A DNA stretch of 64,000 nucleotides, taken from Patescibacteria group bacterium. GTDB taxonomy: Bacteria; Patescibacteriota; Microgenomatia; UBA1400; CG1-02-47-37. The stretch covers positions 48,893 to 112,892 of the forward strand of contig JBBTRT010000001.1 of NCBI GenBank assembly GCA_038065055.1, written 5' to 3'. Both the position numbers and the translations under genes were made by a program. How positions within the stretch are numbered: position 1 is the stretch's first letter; every line of letters begins with the position of its first letter. Shown one piece after another: positions 28,214 through 35,907 of this stretch. The notes below the pieces were generated by a model, which searched no databases, was not told where the DNA came from, and saw only the letters and a list, made by a program, of their open reading frames with translations.

Positions 28214-28460
28214 TCTTGTCGCCAACAGCAGTAGGGATGTAGACGAGATGCCTCAATTTGTATCAATATTAAATGGTAATGGATTGGAACCGTTAACAGA
28301 AGCAAGCAAAAACTGCATTAGTCCTCTTCCACCTTTACCCACCCCCCCTTGTGTTGGTAAGCCACCACCCCCTTGTGTTGGTAAGCCACCACCCCCTTGC
28401 TATGGTGCACCGCCTTGCGTTGGTGTACCGCCTTGCTTTAATACTTGCTATGGTGGGTAA
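28185..28460 (+). CDS. candidate RiPP precursor peptide with Pro/Cys repeat core
   Basis: ATG at 28185 lies 5 nt after AGGGGGTGA (strong SD). The GTG at 28176 in the ORF track is less likely. 91 aa, ending PPCVGKPPPPCVGKPPPPCYGAPPCVGVPPCFNTCYGG. Confidence 0.6.
   Translation: MFLELERTLSLVANSSRDVDEMPQFVSILNGNGLEPLTEASKNCISPLPPLPTPPCVGKPPPPCVGKPPPPCYGAPPCVGVPPCFNTCYGG
28344..28391 (+). repeat. perfect 2 x 24-bp tandem repeat encoding PPCVGKPP
   Basis: CCCCCTTGTGTTGGTAAGCCACCA occurs twice back-to-back. Degenerate units continue to ~28440. Confidence 0.95.
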
Positions 28461-28534
28461 ATGGGAAAGTATGTCATAGGCGGTCGCGTCAGCGATAGAG
28501 CTCCACGGCTTTAGCTGTGAATATTTGTAAGGTA

Positions 28535-28613
28535 AAGTCTTCTTACGCGCCGGCAATGCCTGGCGCGCCTTTTCCAATCCCCCGGTCGAAACCAAAATCA
28601 AAATCGAAAGTTT
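28535..28613. repeat. 79-bp perfect direct repeat, copy 2 (orphan 3' end of the DUF62-like gene)
   Basis: Identical to 25835-25913. In the DUF62 frame it still reads [26 protein letters not shown] then TAA, overlapping the ahcY stop. Confidence 0.95.
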
Positions 28614-29870
28614 CTAAGTTCCCTCTTTCCAAGAATTTAAATACCGCTTCTGTTCCGGGGTTAATGTCTCCAAACCCATACCCATTGCTTTTAATTTTAA
28701 CTTCGCCACCATTTGGTCCAGCGATTTCGGCAACACATAAACTTTATTTTCCAGCTTGCCTTTATTTTTCACTAAAAACTCCGCCGCTAAACATTGATTG
28801 CTAAACGATAAATCCATCACATCTGCCGGATGACCTTCTGCCGCCGCTAAATTAATCAGCCTGCCTTCGCCCAATAAATAAACTTTTTTGCCTGATTTTA
28901 AAGTATATTCTTCCAAAAATTTCCTGATTGTCCGTTTGGATTTTTTAATTTTTTCCAAACCCGCCACATTTATTTCCACGTCAAAATGCCCGCTGTTAGC
29001 CATAATCGCCCCTGATTTCATTAAATGAATATGCTGCAAATCAATCACATTTTTATCGCCGGTAACCGTCACAAAAATATCGCCCAACTTAGCCGCCTGC
29101 ATCATCGTCATCACCCTAAATCCTTCCATCCCTGCCTCCAGCGCTTTCACAGCATCCACCTCCACTACCGCCACTTGCGCTCCATGGCCTTTGGCCCGCA
29201 TAGCCAAACCCCGCCCACACCAGCCATAACCCACTACCACCATAATTTTCCCGGCCATTAAAATATTAGTCGCCCGCAAAATTCCGTCCAAGGTCGATTG
29301 CCCAGTCCCGTAACGGTTATCAAACAAATGTTTAGTATCAGAATCATTGGTCGCGATTACCGGCACTTTTAGAGCTTTATCTTTGGCCATGGCCCGCAAG
29401 CGGATCACGCCGGTCGTTGTTTCTTCCGATGACCCCAAAACTCCCTTTAACTGCTCGGTTCTTTTAGAGTGTAACAAAGACACCAAATCAGCGCCGTCAT
29501 CCATGGTAATTTGCGGTTTAAAATCTAAAACCGCGTTTAAATGCCGGTAATAAATCTGATTATTCTCCCCTTTAACCGCGAACGTCGGAATTCTATAGTC
29601 TTTCACTAAACTGGCCGCCACTTCATCCTGGGTCGATAACGGATTCGAAGCACACAAAACCAAATTGGCTCCTCCGGCTTTTAAGGCCAGCATTAAATTA
29701 GCTGTCTCGGCCGTGACGTGCAAACAAACGCTTAAATTAATTCCCTTCAATGGTTTTTCCTTGGCAAACCGCGCTTTAATTAATTGAAGTACCGGCATTT
29801 GCTGGCCGGCCCACTCAATTTTCAATTTTCCGGATGCCGCTAGTTCAATATCTTTAATATCGTAATTCAT
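28614..29870 (-). CDS. ahcY: adenosylhomocysteinase
   Basis: 418 aa. [13 protein letters not shown]-terminus and the NAD-binding site [10 protein letters not shown]. Confidence 0.9.
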   Translation of the reverse strand: MNYDIKDIELAASGKLKIEWAGQQMPVLQLIKARFAKEKPLKGINLSVCLHVTAETANLMLALKAGGANLVLCASNPLSTQDEVAASLVKDYRIPTFAVKGENNQIYYRHLNAVLDFKPQITMDDGADLVSLLHSKRTEQLKGVLGSSEETTTGVIRLRAMAKDKALKVPVIATNDSDTKHLFDNRYGTGQSTLDGILRATNILMAGKIMVVVGYGWCGRGLAMRAKGHGAQVAVVEVDAVKALEAGMEGFRVMTMMQAAKLGDIFVTVTGDKNVIDLQHIHLMKSGAIMANSGHFDVEINVAGLEKIKKSKRTIRKFLEEYTLKSGKKVYLLGEGRLINLAAAEGHPADVMDLSFSNQCLAAEFLVKNKGKLENKVYVLPKSLDQMVAKLKLKAMGMGLETLTPEQKRYLNSWKEGT

Positions 29871-30777
29871 CTTTAAAATTACTTTTATATCTTTTTTTAA
29901 ACTCCGTCAAGCTGAATTTATGGGTTTGCGTCCCCTCTTTTTCCACCGTGTACGCTGCCGCCAACGCTCCCATTCGGCCGCAAACCGGTAACGGTAATTT
30001 CTTCAAATAACCGGCTAAGAATCCGGCCCGGTAAGCGTCGCCGGCCCCGGTCGGATCTTTACAGTTTTTGGCTTTAGCGATCGGTATTTTCCACTGCGCT
30101 TTACCCATTTGAAGTATTGAACCTTTTCTTCCCAAAGTCGTAATTATTAATTTATTATTTTTTAGACTAACTCTTTTTTGCAGTAACGCGATTTCATAAT
30201 CATTACCGATTAAAATTTCCGCCCCTATTACCCCCTCTTTTAAGGTTGACTGGCTAAACCTGGCAATCTGAAACGCCGGGTCGAACAAAAACCGGTATTG
30301 GTTTTGCCGGCATTCTTGAATAAATTTTGCCATCGCCAGCGGTTCTGTCGGCGTTATCGCCGCCAAATCACCTACCCGCAACTTGCCTTTTAAACTTAAA
30401 TTTTTATCTCCGGCCATCGCCCCACTGTAAAATCCCCAGATTTGATTGTCATCTCTATCCGTCATGCACCAGCCGCTGGCCGTAAATTTTCTCTTGTCAA
30501 TTTTAATCCCGCTGGTATCTGCACCCACCAACTTTAATCTGGCTTTATATTTGCCGAAATCTTTCCCCGCTGTTCCGACTACCATTGGTTTGACCCCCAA
30601 TAAACCCAATGTATATGCCTGATTCCCGGCCGTTCCCCCAAAATGCCGGCTGAATGTTTCCATCAAAAAACTCACATTGATCATGTGTAATTTATCCGGC
30701 ATTAAATAGTCTTTAAACCTGCCCGGCATGGACATTACCTGGTCAAAAGACAAACTGCCCGTCACCACTACTTTCAT
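29854..30777 (-). CDS. PfkB-family sugar/nucleoside kinase (adenosine/ribokinase-like)
   Basis: GGTAGNQAY and [13 protein letters not shown] signature motifs. Confidence 0.75.
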   Translation of the reverse strand: MKVVVTGSLSFDQVMSMPGRFKDYLMPDKLHMINVSFLMETFSRHFGGTAGNQAYTLGLLGVKPMVVGTAGKDFGKYKARLKLVGADTSGIKIDKRKFTASGWCMTDRDDNQIWGFYSGAMAGDKNLSLKGKLRVGDLAAITPTEPLAMAKFIQECRQNQYRFLFDPAFQIARFSQSTLKEGVIGAEILIGNDYEIALLQKRVSLKNNKLIITTLGRKGSILQMGKAQWKIPIAKAKNCKDPTGAGDAYRAGFLAGYLKKLPLPVCGRMGALAAAYTVEKEGTQTHKFSLTEFKKRYKSNFKDELRY

Positions 30778-30778
30778 T

Positions 30779-31075
30779 TTATTCTCCCATTGGGCCTTGG
30801 CCTTTTAATAATCCTGTTAAACCGCCGCTCATTTCCGCTAACTTGCGCGCCGCGGTTTCCTGGGATTTTTTAATCGCTTTATTAATTAATTCCAATACCC
30901 GCTCGTTGGTGAGTCCGTCAATCTCCAGTGATTTTAATTTCTGGTCACCGGTTATCACGATCCTAATATTATCTTCCGCGATCTCAATTTCCTCTTGGGC
31001 CAACTGTTTTTGAATCGCCATCGCCTGATCGCGCATTTTTTTAAGTTGGGCTAATTGTTTTATTTTATCAAACAT
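30779..31075 (-). CDS. ybaB: YbaB/EbfC nucleoid-associated protein
   Basis: 98 aa with a YbaB-like pattern, in the conserved position downstream of dnaX. Confidence 0.8.
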   Translation of the reverse strand: MFDKIKQLAQLKKMRDQAMAIQKQLAQEEIEIAEDNIRIVITGDQKLKSLEIDGLTNERVLELINKAIKKSQETAARKLAEMSGGLTGLLKGQGPMGE

Positions 31076-31083
31076 TTATTCAC

Positions 31084-32427
31084 TCACCTCCGCTCCAAAT
31101 TACCTAAATAATACTTAATTTTTATCGGTCCTGCCAGTACCAACGATGCCACTTCTTCAATTAACTTGCGGTACCTCTCCTCTTCCAATCTTTCCTTATG
31201 AAACTTATAAAACACTTCTACCATTAAATATTGGTCTTCAAACCCCGCCGGCCTCGTCGCTTTTAAGAGCGCTTCCAAGCTATGGTTGTGCGGCCGCAAA
31301 GCCGTTAAAATCTCCGGCCATTTTTCCATCACTTGCGGCAAATCCACCTTCCCGCCGCTCCGGGAGCGCTCGTCTTTTGCTGGTTCTTTATTATTTATTC
31401 CCAATTCACTAATTGCCAGTTCCAATGGCAAACTCTCCACCACTGCGCCTTTAACTTCCCTACCTGCCTGCATTAACTTTCCCAGCACCAGTTTCAATCT
31501 TATCTGATCCGGAAATTTTACTGTTTCTTCGCCTGCCTCCCCTATGCCCAACTGCTGTAAAAATATCTGCCTTAATTTTTCCACTGCCTTTAAAATTAAC
31601 CCCATTACTTCCGCGCCTTCATTTAAGCTCAGGTTCAGCCACAAAAGCGCCTTTTCTACTTCCCCGTTATAAATTAACTCCAGCCACTTACTCAAATCAT
31701 CACTACTTGTACCTCTATCTAATACTTCGCTCACCCGTTCGCTACTGATATTTTCATTCTTGCCCGCCAGCTGTTCCAATATTTTCACCGCGTCCCTAAA
31801 ACTGCCGCCGCCGGCTTGCGCGATTTTCTTCAAATCTTCCTCGCTTAATTTCAGTTTTTCCCCGTCTACCACCCGCTGCAGCGACCGCACCACCTCTGCC
31901 TGATTCGCCTTAGTAAACTTCACCTGAAAACACCGGGAAATAATCGTTCCCGGCAACTTTTGCGGCTCAGTCGTACATAACACCAGCTTGACGTGCTTCG
32001 GCGGCTCCTCCAGAGTTTTTAACAGCGCGTTAAAAGCTTCGTTTGTCAGCATGTGGACTTCGTCAATAATGTAAACTTTAAACTTTAAACTGGCTGCCGC
32101 TAATTTAATCTTGTCCCGTAAATCCCGGATATCATCGATTCCCCGGTTAGACGCCGCATCGATCTCAATAATATCCATACTTCTAGCACTCGTAATCAAT
32201 TTACAATTAACGCACTCATTGCACGGCTCGCCTTTTTTTGGTTTCAAACAGTTAACCGCTTTAGCTAAAATTCTGGCGCTGGAAGTTTTCCCTGTCCCTT
32301 TCGGCCCGGTAAATAAAAACGCGTGCGGAATTTCTTTAGCCGTCAAAATCTCCCCCAGCGACTGTCTGGCACTAGCTAAATCCAATTCCTCAATAGTTTG
32401 CGGCCGATATTTTAAATAAAAAGTCAT
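31084..32427 (-). CDS. dnaX: DNA polymerase III subunit gamma/tau
   Basis: YRPQT, FLFTGPKGTGKTS (Walker A), a Zn module CxxC..C..C, and IIDEVHMLT. Start set at MTFYLKYRPQ (32427). Confidence 0.85.
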   Translation of the reverse strand: MTFYLKYRPQTIEELDLASARQSLGEILTAKEIPHAFLFTGPKGTGKTSSARILAKAVNCLKPKKGEPCNECVNCKLITSARSMDIIEIDAASNRGIDDIRDLRDKIKLAAASLKFKVYIIDEVHMLTNEAFNALLKTLEEPPKHVKLVLCTTEPQKLPGTIISRCFQVKFTKANQAEVVRSLQRVVDGEKLKLSEEDLKKIAQAGGGSFRDAVKILEQLAGKNENISSERVSEVLDRGTSSDDLSKWLELIYNGEVEKALLWLNLSLNEGAEVMGLILKAVEKLRQIFLQQLGIGEAGEETVKFPDQIRLKLVLGKLMQAGREVKGAVVESLPLELAISELGINNKEPAKDERSRSGGKVDLPQVMEKWPEILTALRPHNHSLEALLKATRPAGFEDQYLMVEVFYKFHKERLEEERYRKLIEEVASLVLAGPIKIKYYLGNLERR

Positions 32428-32432
32428 ATAAA

Positions 32433-32468
32433 TAATTTTCAATTTTCAAAACTCAATTTTCAATCAAT
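32433..32468. repeat. 36-bp AT-rich intergenic motif, copy 1 (upstream of dnaX)
   Basis: TAATTTTCAATTTTCAAAACTCAATTTTCAATCAAT matches 43106-43141 at 35/36. Confidence 0.85.
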
Positions 32469-32483
32469 TTACAATTCTTTAAT

Positions 32484-32855
32484 TTATAAATTATTTGCCC
32501 TAGATGATTTTAATATTTTGGAAAAAATTAGCAACAACTCTTGAGTCTCTCGATATAAAACTCTTAATTGCTCTTTAATTTCAGGGTTAGCTACCGCTAA
32601 TAATCTCAACCAATGCTTTGTTTCTTTAGTTTCTTTTTTGCAAATACCGATTTTATGTTTAAAATCCTGTTTACTTTCCGCTTCATTCGCCTCACAGTAA
32701 TTTGCCCCCAAAGAACCTCCGGAACCAACCAATTGATCTACAATCCTTTTATTTACAGCGGTTAATTTCAGCGTTTTAACCAATCTAATAATTTCTTCCG
32801 CTAACCTTGCAGTTCTTTCTTCCAAATCATATTTCCCGTTTGAAAATTTTATCAT
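32484..32855 (-). CDS. four-helix-bundle protein (23S rRNA IVS protein / Avd-like family)
   Basis: GSGGSLGANYCEANEAESKQDFKHKIGICKKETKETKHWLRLL matches the family signature as I remember it. 123 aa. Confidence 0.75.
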   Translation of the reverse strand: MIKFSNGKYDLEERTARLAEEIIRLVKTLKLTAVNKRIVDQLVGSGGSLGANYCEANEAESKQDFKHKIGICKKETKETKHWLRLLAVANPEIKEQLRVLYRETQELLLIFSKILKSSRANNL

Positions 32856-32904
32856 TTTATCATTGGTTATTCATTGAAAATTCGAAAATTGTAAATTGGT
32901 CATT

Positions 32905-33156
32905 TTACTTATGATGCACTCCTAATAAATGTAACATCGCGTGGCGAGTTAAGAAAGCTACAGAATGCCCCTTGAGCTTCGCTTGTTCTTTACAAATCAC
33001 AATATCTCCCAATCTGACCACACCATCCGGCCCGGGTTCATAGTCTTCTGTGGGAAACGATAATACATCAGTCGACTTATCCAACTTGCGGTATTTTTTA
33101 TTCAATGCCTGAATTTCTGCTTCACTGGCAAAAGACAGCTCCGCCACAACCTTCAT
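32905..33156 (-). CDS. ybeY: rRNA maturation endoribonuclease YbeY (short form)
   Basis: LNKKYRKLDKSTDVLSFP, LGDIVIC and the HxxxHxxxxxH zinc motif (HAMLHLLGVHH). Only 83 aa. Confidence 0.65.
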   Translation of the reverse strand: MKVVAELSFASEAEIQALNKKYRKLDKSTDVLSFPTEDYEPGPDGVVRLGDIVICKEQAKLKGHSVAFLTRHAMLHLLGVHHK

Positions 33157-33584
33157 AACGCTTCTTGCACCAGCTTGGCCACCATTTTTCCGTCTGCTTT
33201 GCCTTGGGTTTTCGCCATCACCGCTTTCATTACCATCCCAAAGTTCCGTTCCGGAACGGTACTAAGTACTTCCTCAACAATTGCTTTAATTTCAACTTCG
33301 CTCATTGCTTCCGGCAAATAACCCTTGATCAAATTTAATTCAGTAGTTTCTTTATCCACCAACTCCTGCCGGTTGCCTTGTTGATACAGCTCAATCGCTT
33401 CCTGTCTTTTTTTGGCTTCTTTACCAAGTACCGCCTCGGCTTCCTGATCAGTTAAAACCCCACCCTTGGCTATCTGGCTATTTTTCAAAGCCGCCACCAA
33501 CATCCTCAAAGTCGATACCTTAAGGCCATCTTTAGCTTTCATCGCCTGAACTAAATCTAGCGAGATTACATCTGTTTTTGCCAT
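33153..33584 (-). CDS. GatB/YqeY domain protein
   Basis: AMKAKDGLKVSTLRMLVAALKN and C-terminal GKADGKMVAKLVQEAL. Contains a 20-bp near-palindrome at 33243-33262. Confidence 0.8.
   Translation of the reverse strand: MAKTDVISLDLVQAMKAKDGLKVSTLRMLVAALKNSQIAKGGVLTDQEAEAVLGKEAKKRQEAIELYQQGNRQELVDKETTELNLIKGYLPEAMSEVEIKAIVEEVLSTVPERNFGMVMKAVMAKTQGKADGKMVAKLVQEAL
33243..33262. repeat. 20-bp near-perfect palindrome inside the yqeY-like CDS
   Basis: GTTCCGTTCCGGAACGGTAC matches the 45155-45174 core at 19/20. The inner 14 bp form a perfect palindrome. Confidence 0.85.
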
Positions 33585-33775
33585 TTAAGCTTTTTCCTTC
33601 GCTTTTTTAACCGTTTAAACTCTGACAGCTTTTCTTTCTTTTTAATCGAGGGTTTTTTGTAATACTCCCGCTCTTTTAATTCGGTTAATAGCTGATCCTG
33701 TAAAATTTTCTTTTTAAATTTTCTGATCACCTGATCAGCTGAATCTCCTGGCTGTGCCTTAACAACAATCGACAC
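33566..33775 (-). CDS. rpsU: 30S ribosomal protein S21
   Basis: 69 aa, with ...IRKFKKK......ELKEREYYKKPS.KKKEK. Confidence 0.8.
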   Translation of the reverse strand: MSIVVKAQPGDSADQVIRKFKKKILQDQLLTELKEREYYKKPSIKKKEKLSEFKRLKKRRKKLKWQKQM

Positions 33776-33799
33776 CCTAAAAACACCTCCCTTTTAAAG

Positions 33800-34645
33800 T
33801 TAAATACTTTTTATAATTTCTATCAGCTCCTCAAGGCTTAACCGCGATGGTTTTACCATCGGATTATGCCTTGAACCATTTAGAATTATATGCTTACTTT
33901 GGTGAAAATACCAGTTGGCCGCCGGGTCAGCCTTCTTCAATGCCTCATATAATTTAGTTAAATCCAGTTCTGGTTTTGGCTGGCATTTAATCGCCACTAA
34001 GTTCGTCCGCGGTTCTTTTTTTACCACCAAAGCATAACCCATTTTTTGAGCTAATTTCACCGGCCAGCTCTGTTGGCTCAGCAACCCTAAGCACCGGCCA
34101 TAAACCGACTCAAACTGGATTCCGGCTTTAATATCCGCCTCAGCCCGCGCTTTTTCCGTTAAACCAAACAACACCGCGTCCAAAAGTAAAATTCCCTGGG
34201 ACACCAATTCTTTATCATTTAATTTGCTCGACAATTTTAAATAATCAAACAACTGCGGTAAACCCAGGTCATACCGGTCATTGGTCGCCTCCGGCCAATA
34301 ACAATCTTCAAAATTATCCACCTGAGTTACCACTTCAATTAACCGCCTTAGGCTTTCCCTATATTTCTCCGGGATCTTTTTCTCCTCCAACAGCCATTCC
34401 AGCACCAGTTTGGCCGCGCAGGTCCGACCCGTCAGCTGATGATGGTCAAACCGGCCTAAACCGGTATCCACGTGAACCGCGTCCGGATCGCTATCCACTG
34501 CCTCGCCCTGCCAAGTTTGCCCCGCCGCCACAAACTCTGTTCCCGCGTCTTCCCACGCGCTGTCAAACCGCTGCAACAGCCACACGCTGGTAATCGCGTC
34601 CAAATCCGGAAATATATGGGTAACAATCAATTTTTTACCCGGCAC
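33800..34645 (-). CDS. hypothetical protein, DHH-like phosphoesterase motifs
   Basis: THIFPDLDAITSVWLL and DTGLGRFDHHQ resemble DHH-type metal-binding motifs. Weak. Confidence 0.35.
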   Translation of the reverse strand: MPGKKLIVTHIFPDLDAITSVWLLQRFDSAWEDAGTEFVAAGQTWQGEAVDSDPDAVHVDTGLGRFDHHQLTGRTCAAKLVLEWLLEEKKIPEKYRESLRRLIEVVTQVDNFEDCYWPEATNDRYDLGLPQLFDYLKLSSKLNDKELVSQGILLLDAVLFGLTEKARAEADIKAGIQFESVYGRCLGLLSQQSWPVKLAQKMGYALVVKKEPRTNLVAIKCQPKPELDLTKLYEALKKADPAANWYFHQSKHIILNGSRHNPMVKPSRLSLEELIEIIKSI

Positions 34646-35889
34646 AGTAATTCATCCAAACTTAATAATTCCACCTTGTCCTTATCTCTTTCTTTGTATT
34701 CTATTTTATCTCCGGTCTTCTCCGACACCACCAACCTTACCGGAATGCCGATCAAATCCGCATCGCTAAACTTCACTCCGGCTGACACGTCCTCCCTATC
34801 ATCCCACAAAACTTCCACTCCCGCCTTAATTAACTGGTTATAAATCTCTGCCGCTTTTTTGAAAATTGAAAATTGATCATTGGAAATTTGTATCAGGTGT
34901 ACCTGATAAGGTGCCACTATTTTAGGCCAGATAATGCCTTTTTTATCATGAAACACTTCAACTAGCGTTCCCATCACTCTGGTCGGACCAATCCCATAAC
35001 TGCCAAACCACGCCGGTTTTTTCTTGCCATCTTTATCGGTAAAACACATCCCCATTTGCTCCGCATACCACGTCCCTAATGGAAAAATATTTCCCACTTC
35101 AATTGATTTTCCTTCCACTACTTTCCCTTTCTTGCACTTCGGGCATTTATCTCCTGCTTTTCCCTCAAAAATCTCTTTATTTTCGCCCCAATCGCAATGA
35201 TCGCAGTAATAAATTGTGTCTTCTCCCACCGGCGATAACACCTGAAATTCATGGGTGTGATTTTTAGTAAACACCCCTCCATCTGCTTCAGTCACTTTCA
35301 CTTCAAATCCTAATCTTGTAAACACTTTCACGTAAGCCTGTTTCATTTTCTCGTAATATTTCATCAAATCCGCTTCGCTCGCGTGCGCCGAATACGCGTC
35401 TTTCATCAAAAATTCCCGGCCGCGCAAAATCCCGGATTTCGCCCGCAGTTCATTCCGGAATTTAGTCGAAAAATGGTAAACGCTTACCGGCAAATCTTTG
35501 TAGCTGGTAATATTTTTCCGGAGCAAATCCATCACGATTTCCTCGTGGGTAAACGACAACGCAAACTCTTTTCCGTGCATATCTTTAAATTGGTACATTA
35601 CTTCTTTTGCTCCTAACGGCGACTCTTTGGCACTGCCCCACCTGCCGGTTTCCCCCCAAATTGCCCGCGGGTGAAGTAACGGCATCAGCATTTCCTGGCT
35701 GTCAATCGCATTCATTTCCTCCCTGATCACCTGGTTAATTTTCGTGATTACCCGCCAACCCAGCGGCAACAATGACCAGCTTCCGGCCATCAGTTGATCC
35801 ATAAACCCCGCCCGTACCAGCAACTGATGATTAATACTATCCGCCTTGACCTCTTTTTTGGTTTTCGGAAAACACGCTGAATATTTCAT
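34627..35889 (-). CDS. proS: prolyl-tRNA synthetase (no INS editing domain)
   Basis: SHQLL-type N-terminus (NHQLLVRAGF), motif 2 FRNELRAKSGILRGREFLMKDAYS and motif 3 GSYGIGPTR. 420 aa. Confidence 0.85.
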   Translation of the reverse strand: MKYSACFPKTKKEVKADSINHQLLVRAGFMDQLMAGSWSLLPLGWRVITKINQVIREEMNAIDSQEMLMPLLHPRAIWGETGRWGSAKESPLGAKEVMYQFKDMHGKEFALSFTHEEIVMDLLRKNITSYKDLPVSVYHFSTKFRNELRAKSGILRGREFLMKDAYSAHASEADLMKYYEKMKQAYVKVFTRLGFEVKVTEADGGVFTKNHTHEFQVLSPVGEDTIYYCDHCDWGENKEIFEGKAGDKCPKCKKGKVVEGKSIEVGNIFPLGTWYAEQMGMCFTDKDGKKKPAWFGSYGIGPTRVMGTLVEVFHDKKGIIWPKIVAPYQVHLIQISNDQFSIFKKAAEIYNQLIKAGVEVLWDDREDVSAGVKFSDADLIGIPVRLVVSEKTGDKIEYKERDKDKVELLSLDELLCRVKN

Positions 35890-35907
35890 GCCTTATCTTA
35901 CCATAAT

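Larger units (their letters stand above)
25914..28534 (+). other. inserted cassette carrying the radical SAM / peptidase / peptide operon
   Basis: Bracketed by the 79-bp direct repeats. Visibly more AT-rich than the flanks (not computed). No recombinase inside. Confidence 0.6.

Noticed and set aside
28185-28460. Precursor as a SCIFF (six-Cys-in-45) ranthipeptide.
   Set aside because: The Cys count is superficially similar. But the peptide is twice as long, lacks the conserved SCIFF sequence pattern as I remember it, and has a unique polyproline spacing. I kept it as unclassified.
28335-28804. ORFs 28335-28601 (-) and 28517-28804 (+) around the end of the cassette.
   Set aside because: The first is the antisense mirror of the Pro/Cys repeat (it gives a WWLTNTRG repeat). 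The second reads the 79-bp repeat in the wrong frame and then runs antisense into ahcY. Neither has an RBS.
32484-32855. Four-helix-bundle protein as evidence of a diversity-generating retroelement.
   Set aside because: No reverse transcriptase gene and no template/variable repeat pair are visible anywhere in the window, so it is a stand-alone family member.
34627-35889. ProRS without an editing (INS) domain and with a CxxC..CxxC segment (CDHC...CPKC).
   Set aside because: INS-less bacterial ProRS forms, and Cys pairs at this position, are known in several lineages as far as I recall. It is consistent with genome reduction rather than novelty.
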